From: Patescibacteria group bacterium
GTDB lineage: Bacteria > Patescibacteriota > Patescibacteriia > UBA10025 > JAHIVO01
Direction: 5' to 3'
Assembly (NCBI GenBank): GCA_028718605.1
Contig: JAQULM010000003.1
Coordinates: forward strand, 16,971 to 80,970
DNA length: 64,000 nt
Shown: in pieces, positions 57,719 through 64,000 of the stretch
Position numbering within the stretch: the first letter of the stretch is position 1
How the letters are laid out: the number at the start of each line of letters is the position of its first letter
Notes under the pieces: generated by a model
Seen by the model: the letters and a program-made list of their open reading frames with translations, nothing else
Told to the model about the DNA's origin: nothing
Databases searched by the model: none
Position numbers and translations under genes: made by a program

Positions 57719-58864
57719 TTATTGATAGGTAACTTCCTGGGTCTTCGGAATAACGTGAATCCACACACTTCCGCGGTTGAACTCGACCTCGCGGCCCTCG
57801 GTATCATAGAACAAGGTCCGGTCAGTGCGCGAGGTTTTTTTCCACATTCCTTCGATCGCGATACCATCATGAAATATCCAGGCCTTGCCTTCACCACCGA
57901 CATATATGTCAAGCCGCCCCTTCTCCCCTGCAAGTTCGGGTTCCGAAACGAGCTGCACGACCACATTCTTTGCTGTTATTTGCTCCCCGGTATTCTTGTC
58001 GAGGTGCGGCTGGTCTGCATTGTACCGCCGATAGATATTCGCGTCGCGATCGTACGTAAAACCAACCTTATAGGACAGGCCGTATGAAAAATTGAAGCCA
58101 ACGGTCTTGCCCGTTTCGCCGCGCGCTTCGAGCGGTGCATCGTCTTTAAACTGCCATGGCCGGAAAACCGCTTCCTTGGTATCCAGCCCTTTATCACGGA
58201 GCGCGAAATTCATTTTTTCTGAAGATGTGACAAGGTTATGCGGCGCACCGATAGTTTGGTCGCGCCAGAAATAAACCGCATCGCGGGAGAGCGCCTCTAA
58301 GTTATTGATATCGGCATTCTCTTTGATTACGGTTAATGCTTTCGGGCTGCCGCCGGCGTGCGCATACAGCGCTCCGTATTCAGAAACCCACTCAATATAG
58401 TATGGCCGCGCAGAACGAACCGGCATGATTTCAGGGACAATACCTGACGGGTCGAAAACGGCCATAAACCGTGTCGCTCCGCCCTCTGCCAATGTCTCGT
58501 ACACCACCGACGCTTGTGATAATCCTTTCTGGGGCCGGACTGACGGCAAGTTTTCGATCATAACCGCATAGGGCCAGTAATGCGCTGTATCTTCCGCCAC
58601 CATCACGCCGTCGAGCAGCCGGGCAACGAGCCCCGTATCCCCCTGTGCAATATCAACCATCGCCGCTGATCCACCGGTGACGAAGCGGTTATCGCTGCCC
58701 CACAGGTAATAGCGCATCACGTGCGTCTGCGCAGCGGCGTATGAACAGCAGAACCACCAGGCAAATGCGGTCGCGATGCAAAAAAACACAATTGCAACCA
58801 GCGCAACATGGCGATGCTGTATCGAGCGGAGCGCAAAAGACACTGGCTGATTTTGTTTTTTCAT
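57719..58864 (-). CDS. DUF3048 (YerB-like) extracytoplasmic protein, paralog A
   Basis: N-terminal TM anchor. PYAVMIENLPSVRPQKGLSQASVVYETLAEGGATRFMAVF matches the DUF3048 N-domain. Confidence 0.6.
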   Translation of the reverse strand: MKKQNQPVSFALRSIQHRHVALVAIVFFCIATAFAWWFCCSYAAAQTHVMRYYLWGSDNRFVTGGSAAMVDIAQGDTGLVARLLDGVMVAEDTAHYWPYAVMIENLPSVRPQKGLSQASVVYETLAEGGATRFMAVFDPSGIVPEIMPVRSARPYYIEWVSEYGALYAHAGGSPKALTVIKENADINNLEALSRDAVYFWRDQTIGAPHNLVTSSEKMNFALRDKGLDTKEAVFRPWQFKDDAPLEARGETGKTVGFNFSYGLSYKVGFTYDRDANIYRRYNADQPHLDKNTGEQITAKNVVVQLVSEPELAGEKGRLDIYVGGEGKAWIFHDGIAIEGMWKKTSRTDRTLFYDTEGREVEFNRGSVWIHVIPKTQEVTYQ

Positions 58865-58886
58865 TTTATTTTTACCTGCTTATTAC

Positions 58887-59993
58887 TCACGCATCGTATT
58901 CCACGTCACGGTCAGTCGGGACAATCTCGACCCACGTCGTGCCGGCATTCAACTCAATCTCGTCCCCGTCCGCATCATAGTATCTCGTACGGTCGCTTAC
59001 CGAGGCTTTTTTCCACTGTCCCTCAATAGCTGTTCCGTCCCTGAAAATAAGCGCGACGCCCTCATCAACGGTATCCATGCCAAGCCGTTCGTCATCCAGG
59101 AGCCGTGTTTTAACTTTCTGGACAATGACGTTTTTCGCACGGATTGCGCTGCCCTCAGCGCCTTCGGCCGTCGGCTTATCACGGTGAATTTCAGTCGCTT
59201 GGTACCGTAGATAGTCATTTTGTTCACGATCGTATTGATACTCAACATTATAATTCATTGAGGAAAACTGGATGGATATTTTTTTACTTACGGTCGGACG
59301 ATCCGGAAGTGAGGCGTCGTCCTTAAATTTCCATGACTGAAAATCTCCACTGGCTGATGCTTCCAAATCCCGGAGTGCAAATGCAAGCTTCTCTCCTGAT
59401 GTATACAGGTTGTGGGGGGCAAGCCGATTACTGTCGCGCCAGTAATACTGCGAATTGAAAAATTGATTCAGGTCAAAGACGCCCTTAGACTTGATGTCTG
59501 CGATTGCTTGCGGACTGCCTCCGACGTGCGCGTACAACGCTTTGTATTCAAGCGCCCAGTCGAGATAGTAAGGGCGCGCTGACCGCACGGGACCAATTTC
59601 AGGCAAACCGTAGAGTTCCCCTGTGTACAGCGCCATAAACCTCGTTATGCCTCCTTCGGCAAGCGCCTCGTAAACAACATTCGCGTTGGAGAGACCCGAT
59701 GGGGGCCGCGAGGAAACAAGGTTTTCTATCATCACGGCGACTGGATAATGGTTCGACTGATCTGCGGGTACATAGACGCCGTCAATCGCGCGCCGGACAA
59801 GGGAATCAGATGAATTCGAATTATGGCTTTTGGTGGACAAACCGCCATTATCAGTCGGGTTAAACAAAAATACTCCACCGACGATGACGGCGACCACCGC
59901 AACGCTGATGCCTATGATCATCCATTTTTTATTCGTTCGCTTTCCCCAAATATAATCCTTCGATGGATCCTGTCGGTTTGGTGTATTTGCCAT
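58887..59993 (-). CDS. DUF3048 (YerB-like) extracytoplasmic protein, paralog B
   Basis: PVAVMIENLVSSRPPSGLSNANVVYEALAEGGITRFMALY. Start placed at MANTPN; the longer ORF overlaps rplY (see noticed_but_rejected). Confidence 0.55.
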   Translation of the reverse strand: MANTPNRQDPSKDYIWGKRTNKKWMIIGISVAVVAVIVGGVFLFNPTDNGGLSTKSHNSNSSDSLVRRAIDGVYVPADQSNHYPVAVMIENLVSSRPPSGLSNANVVYEALAEGGITRFMALYTGELYGLPEIGPVRSARPYYLDWALEYKALYAHVGGSPQAIADIKSKGVFDLNQFFNSQYYWRDSNRLAPHNLYTSGEKLAFALRDLEASASGDFQSWKFKDDASLPDRPTVSKKISIQFSSMNYNVEYQYDREQNDYLRYQATEIHRDKPTAEGAEGSAIRAKNVIVQKVKTRLLDDERLGMDTVDEGVALIFRDGTAIEGQWKKASVSDRTRYYDADGDEIELNAGTTWVEIVPTDRDVEYDA

Positions 59994-60006
59994 ATCGAAT
60001 AAGGAA

Positions 60007-60732
60007 TTATTGCGCTTTTTTCGCTGGTTTGTCCTTCGTTGGCGCCGGCGATGCCTCCTCTTTTGTTTCCTCACCTTCTTTCGGTTCTTTCTTGCCGACA
60101 ACTTCTACTTCAGATACCGCAGCCTTTTCGGCAGTTTCCTCAAGTGCACTCAATTCTTCCTCAGTGCGAGGCGGCTCAACCATCGCAACGACATCCTCGG
60201 CATCAACCTTCACGGTCACGCCGGGGGGGAGCTTCAATTCTTTCACGCGTATCATATCCTCAAACCCAGAAAGGGGCGTGATATCAACTGCAATCTCGTG
60301 AACAAGATCCTGGGGTAAGCACTCAATTTTTAGATGATCGAGATTCTTTACGAGCGTACCGCCAAGATCTTTCACGGCCTTCGATACGCCGGTAAAAATA
60401 AGCTGCACCTCAGCGGAAATACGCTCTGTCATCTTGACTTGGTATAAATCTGCGTGGATATTATTCCCTTTCAATGGGTCACGCTGAACATCATGAATCA
60501 ACACCTTGATAGGTTTGTCGCTGCCCACAACCAGGTCAATAAGGCTTGTGCCCCCGGCTTTTTTATATATTGATTCGAAAATCCGTTCATCAAGAACAAG
60601 ATTGATATTCTTGACTCCGTGTCCGTATAATACAGCGGGAATTTGCCGTTTTCCGCGAAGAGTACGGACTCCTTTTCCGGTTATCTCCCGCCGCTGGGCC
60701 TCAAGTCGTAAAGTTTCTTTCGTTTCTGTCAT
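60007..60732 (-). CDS. rplY: 50S ribosomal protein L25 / general stress protein Ctc (with Lys/Glu-rich C-terminal extension)
   Basis: LEAQRREITGKG..RLRGKRQIPAVLYGHG matches the L25 N-domain. Beta-barrel C-domain plus KE-rich tail. Confidence 0.85.
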   Translation of the reverse strand: MTETKETLRLEAQRREITGKGVRTLRGKRQIPAVLYGHGVKNINLVLDERIFESIYKKAGGTSLIDLVVGSDKPIKVLIHDVQRDPLKGNNIHADLYQVKMTERISAEVQLIFTGVSKAVKDLGGTLVKNLDHLKIECLPQDLVHEIAVDITPLSGFEDMIRVKELKLPPGVTVKVDAEDVVAMVEPPRTEEELSALEETAEKAAVSEVEVVGKKEPKEGEETKEEASPAPTKDKPAKKAQ

Positions 60733-60793
60733 AGTTCCGAGTACAAAAAATTGGCTAATTAAATTCCCCCTCTCCGGATGCTAACCTTCCTGT

Positions 60794-61180
60794 TTATCGC
60801 AAATTTTCCGATATCGGGCAGCGTGCCGCTAATTCGCAGTGCAATCGTAGAATGTCATCAGGCGAAATCGGATCTGCATCCTTAAACCGCAGCACATCGG
60901 TTTCGGTCAAATCACACGCAAGCCCGACTGAATGAACCCCCGTATCGTTCATGAGCAAGAGGATTACGATAGAGCTGCTGCAACGATTGCACGTCGCATG
61001 CAGTAACTGGGTTCTCGGCTCTTCCCCGATAATCGTAACCTCTTCGGGGTAAAAAGCAGCGCCACACAGCGGACAGGTGGTGATCAGCGAAGAAACCCCC
61101 ACAAACAGGTCGTTTTGCTTTTTCTTTTTGATTTGCATGCGAAAGTTCTTTTCTTTGTTTGCGTACTCATTATAGCACAT
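60794..61180 (-). CDS. hypothetical zinc-ribbon protein
   Basis: CPLCGAAF...CNRCSSS cysteine pairs. 128 aa. Confidence 0.4.
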   Translation of the reverse strand: MCYNEYANKEKNFRMQIKKKKQNDLFVGVSSLITTCPLCGAAFYPEEVTIIGEEPRTQLLHATCNRCSSSIVILLLMNDTGVHSVGLACDLTETDVLRFKDADPISPDDILRLHCELAARCPISENLR

Positions 61181-61207
61181 TTAAGGCAATCCGGTCAACA
61201 GGCTTCT

Positions 61208-62320
61208 TTACGCCCGCTGTAGCCTTCCCCGCACAATAATACTTTGAGCGACGCCGAGCCCGATTAAACTCGCGATAAGAGAGCTCCCTCCATAACTCAC
61301 AAACGGCAACGGTACGCCAGCGATCGGCAATAATCCAATATTCATCCCAATGTTTATTGTCCCCTGAATGATAATATACAGTGCAATACCTGATAAAACA
61401 AGCGTTCCGAAGTCATCCTTAGCCAGGCGTGCAGCCCGAATAAGCCGATACACCGCAAATGCGAAACAGGCCAGAACGAGAGCCGAACCGGTGAAGCCAA
61501 GGTCTTCCGCAATGACGGCGTAAATAAAGTCGGTTTCCTGAGCAGGCAAAAAGTTAAGTGTGCTCTGCGGTCCTAACCCGAGCCCTCGGCCTGCAATGTT
61601 CCCGGAACCGACGGCAATAATAGATTGCTTGATATTATAACCGCTCCCGTATGGGTCGCGCGAAGGATCCAAAAAACTTAAAACTCGGTCTTTCTGGTAA
61701 TCCTTTAATATGAAAAGCCAGCTAACCGTAACAACGACGAGTATAACTACGATGATAGCAACCCAGTACGCACGGCGGCGGATCACCAGCGCGAGCATGC
61801 CGAGTAATATCGCAAAAAGGATAATCGCTGAACCAAGATCCGGTTGGAGGAGCACGAGCGCAATAATCGGTATGGCAATTGTGAGTGTAATCAATAAGTG
61901 CTTCAAATGGACTATTTCCGCCCGCCAACCGGCAAAAAGCCGTGCGAGCAGGATGATGAGGAAAACTTTCACGAGTTCTACGGGCTGAAACGGCTGCCCG
62001 CCAAACAGGTTAAACCATCCTTTCGTCCCGCGAACAGTCGTGCCGAAGAGAAGAACCGCGACAAGCAGTAGCGCACCAAAACCGACCAACACATACGCGT
62101 AGGTCTTTAAGTATCGGTAATCGAGCATGCCAATGGTTACCATGAGGGCGAGGCCGATCCCCGCGAAAACAAATTGCTTCTTGAAATTGGCAAAACCTGA
62201 CGAAGGATTTGCCGAATCGATGCTATTGATGGCCATCAAGCCAAAAGCAACCAATAAGACCGCTACCAGTACCAGCTGCCAATCAAATTTCCTAAGATAG
62301 AAAAAAAATTTCTTGAGCAT
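61208..62320 (-). CDS. SEDS-family peptidoglycan glycosyltransferase (RodA/FtsW)
   Basis: 370 aa, about 10 TM helices. Conserved C-terminal PLPFVSYGGSS motif. Confidence 0.85.
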   Translation of the reverse strand: MLKKFFFYLRKFDWQLVLVAVLLVAFGLMAINSIDSANPSSGFANFKKQFVFAGIGLALMVTIGMLDYRYLKTYAYVLVGFGALLLVAVLLFGTTVRGTKGWFNLFGGQPFQPVELVKVFLIILLARLFAGWRAEIVHLKHLLITLTIAIPIIALVLLQPDLGSAIILFAILLGMLALVIRRRAYWVAIIVVILVVVTVSWLFILKDYQKDRVLSFLDPSRDPYGSGYNIKQSIIAVGSGNIAGRGLGLGPQSTLNFLPAQETDFIYAVIAEDLGFTGSALVLACFAFAVYRLIRAARLAKDDFGTLVLSGIALYIIIQGTINIGMNIGLLPIAGVPLPFVSYGGSSLIASLIGLGVAQSIIVRGRLQRA

Positions 62321-62335
62321 CGGGTATCGTAGTTC

Positions 62336-63166
62336 CTACGGGACAAAGGTATTGGTTGTATCGAGAATATTTACGTCTGGTGTGACAGCGACGCTTGTTA
62401 CGTCATCAGCGCCGATACCGTGCTGAACCATAATTGCTTGCGTCTCCCCTGCGTTAAATGGTTCAACCGTTGCATATTCAACACCGACAACTTGGTCGCC
62501 ATTGAAAAAAACAACAGCAAATCGCGCTTCCCAAAAATTGAGGAAAGAATCATTGGTTACATCAGCCGTAACCCGGTAGACCCCGTAATTACCAACGCTG
62601 CTCGTGCTGAATGAGATGTTATTGACGAGAAATAATTCTTGAGCAAGCGGGTCGGTATTATCGATGTGCTCCCAATCACATCCGAGAATGGCGACTCTCG
62701 CATCCTGCGCAGATGGAGTTTGGCCAAGCTCAACATTCGTGGCAACAAAAAACTTCTGCCCTTCAGGGAGGACAAAATCAACGTCGCTCTCGAGATCATA
62801 GCCTTGGATCGAAAACCGATATTCAACGCTTGCTGCCGCCCACTGAGCATTCGGGTTTCGAACGGGAGCGATAAGATCGTACCTGCCCTGCGATACAGAC
62901 ACGACGCTAATCGTTCCAAATTCGAGCGCCTGCGGCATATTTTGCTGCCGGATCGATGTATAATCGAGCGGGCTTGATGCCATTGAGCCGATCAGTGAGC
63001 TATAGTGGGGAGTATTGATGAGGTATAAAATGCCATTCGTGAATGCAAACACTACGAGGAACACGACAATAGCAATGAGCACAATAACCCACCACTTCCG
63101 CAAATCGTTCCGATGTGACAGGAAAAAGTAGCTTGTTTTCAACCAAATTGTACTTGCATCAAGCAT
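62336..63166 (-). CDS. hypothetical membrane-anchored extracytoplasmic protein
   Basis: Signal anchor (WWVIVLIAIVVFLVVFAF) plus a ~230-aa beta-rich domain. Sits immediately downstream of the SEDS gene. Confidence 0.45.
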   Translation of the reverse strand: MLDASTIWLKTSYFFLSHRNDLRKWWVIVLIAIVVFLVVFAFTNGILYLINTPHYSSLIGSMASSPLDYTSIRQQNMPQALEFGTISVVSVSQGRYDLIAPVRNPNAQWAAASVEYRFSIQGYDLESDVDFVLPEGQKFFVATNVELGQTPSAQDARVAILGCDWEHIDNTDPLAQELFLVNNISFSTSSVGNYGVYRVTADVTNDSFLNFWEARFAVVFFNGDQVVGVEYATVEPFNAGETQAIMVQHGIGADDVTSVAVTPDVNILDTTNTFVP

Positions 63167-63295
63167 AAATAATCATGCTCCAATGTTGCAATTGTACCAC
63201 ATTTAACGGCCAAAGGAAATCATTTGGCGTTCAGTGTGTTTTTATGGTATACTGTGCTTGGTTGAATTTACATTATCCCCTTTCTTACCATCTCT

Positions 63296-63622
63296 ATGTT
63301 TGAAACAAGCAAGGACATCCTTTATGTCGCACTGGCTCTGAGCGCGATTGTTCTGACTTTTTTCTTGTGCTGGGCGCTGTATTACATTGTCATGATGTTG
63401 AAAAAAGTCCACCTTGCCGTCAACCAGGTAAGCGATCTGATCACGAGCATCAGACAAAAAATCGATCGGCTTGAGCAGCTCATGTCGGCTGTCGAGGATA
63501 AATTGAAAGATTCCGCATCATACATTCCCCTCCTGCTGAAAGGCGTTTCTGAACTGATCGACTACTTCAAGCAGCGGAAAGCAAAAAAGGATAAAACAAA
63601 AGCAGGTTCACGTAACACATAG
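63296..63622 (+). CDS. hypothetical small membrane or coiled-coil protein
   Basis: 108 aa with one TM helix and a helical tail. Confidence 0.4.
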   Translation: MFETSKDILYVALALSAIVLTFFLCWALYYIVMMLKKVHLAVNQVSDLITSIRQKIDRLEQLMSAVEDKLKDSASYIPLLLKGVSELIDYFKQRKAKKDKTKAGSRNT

Positions 63623-63657
63623 CTTCTCCCCCGGAAAACCAGGAGTGAGGAATCCTT

Positions 63658-64000
63658 ATGGCGGACTTTGTTCACCTCCACGTCCATAGTCATTATAGTC
63701 TGCTCGATGGGCTCGCAAAGATCGACGACCTTATTGAAAAGGCCCGATCATATGGAATGCCTGCCGTTGCCCTAACTGACCATGGGGTCATGTATGGTGT
63801 TATTGAATTTTACCAAAAAGCGACAAAAGCGGGCATTAAGCCAATCATCGGAGTGGAAGCATACATCGCCCGCAATGGAATGCACAACAAGCGTGCACGG
63901 ATCGACGAACGTCCATACCATATTGTACTGCTGGCGCGTACGGCGGCAGGCTATCAAAACTTGCTGAAATTGACAGCCAAAGCGCACCTCGAAGGATTTT
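63658..64000 (+). CDS. dnaE: DNA polymerase III alpha subunit, N-terminal PHP domain (partial)
   Basis: MADFVHLHVHSHYSLLDGLAKIDDLIEKA..ALTDHGVMYGVIEFY is the hallmark DnaE N-terminus. Truncated by the window edge. Confidence 0.85.
   Translation, partial: MADFVHLHVHSHYSLLDGLAKIDDLIEKARSYGMPAVALTDHGVMYGVIEFYQKATKAGIKPIIGVEAYIARNGMHNKRARIDERPYHIVLLARTAAGYQNLLKLTAKAHLEGF

Noticed and set aside
59994-60101. Highly basic N-terminal extension (RKNRKKVRKQKRRHRRRQRR...) of the long ORF 58887..60101
   Set aside because: It overlaps the Lys/Glu-rich 3' end of rplY in another frame. Frameshifted GAA/AAG-rich sequence produces R/K runs. The internal start MANTPN avoids the overlap and still precedes the TM anchor.
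1-64000. CRISPR array or rRNA search
   Set aside because: No regularly spaced direct repeats with unique spacers were seen. The repeated palindromes are isolated copies. No 16S, 23S or 5S signature sequences were seen.

Overview
The window is a 64-kb chromosomal segment from a monoderm-type bacterium, possibly Chloroflexota or Patescibacteria/CPR, but the taxonomy is uncertain. GC is about 55% overall, the standard genetic code fits, CCA is usually encoded in the tRNAs, and most genes lie on the minus strand. Housekeeping genes recognised include typA, a DEAD-box helicase, the rpsB-tsf-ricT cluster, rpmE-prfA-prmC, rplY, rpmG, a rodA/ftsW-type gene, recX, idi, msrB and the 5' end of dnaE. There is a cluster of five tRNA-type loci: Trp, two tandem Thr(UGU) copies, Tyr and Thr(GGU). 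Several accessory features stand out. (1) At the left edge a heliorhodopsin gene sits 12 bp upstream of a pyrimidine-dimer DNA glycosylase gene in an apparent two-gene light/UV operon. (2) Three paralogous secreted proteins of about 855 aa each carry an N-terminal YDG-W-QVN-DGFGD repeat propeller, an Ig-like middle domain and a C-terminal FG-GAP-like propeller ending in FRGGVNFGK. Copies 1 and 3 share a ~1.14-kb near-identical 3' segment as direct repeats 27.7 kb apart. (3) A ~2.6-kb low-GC (~38%) island holds a tight three-gene operon: a Dam-like N6-adenine methyltransferase, a ParB/DGQ(Q/H)R-like protein and a PRTase-like protein. It lies next to a Fic protein gene and is a candidate uncharacterised DNA-modification or defence module. 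(4) An IS200/RAYT-like transposase gene sits beside recX, with REP-like palindromes, one of them in-frame inside the transposase ORF. (5) Within the tRNA cluster, a GIY-YIG nuclease gene is flanked by tRNA-Tyr and a duplicated 5' half of tRNA-Tyr. One of the two tandem tRNA-Thr(UGU) copies carries a ~88-nt insertion in its D-loop. No CRISPR array and no rRNA gene were seen.
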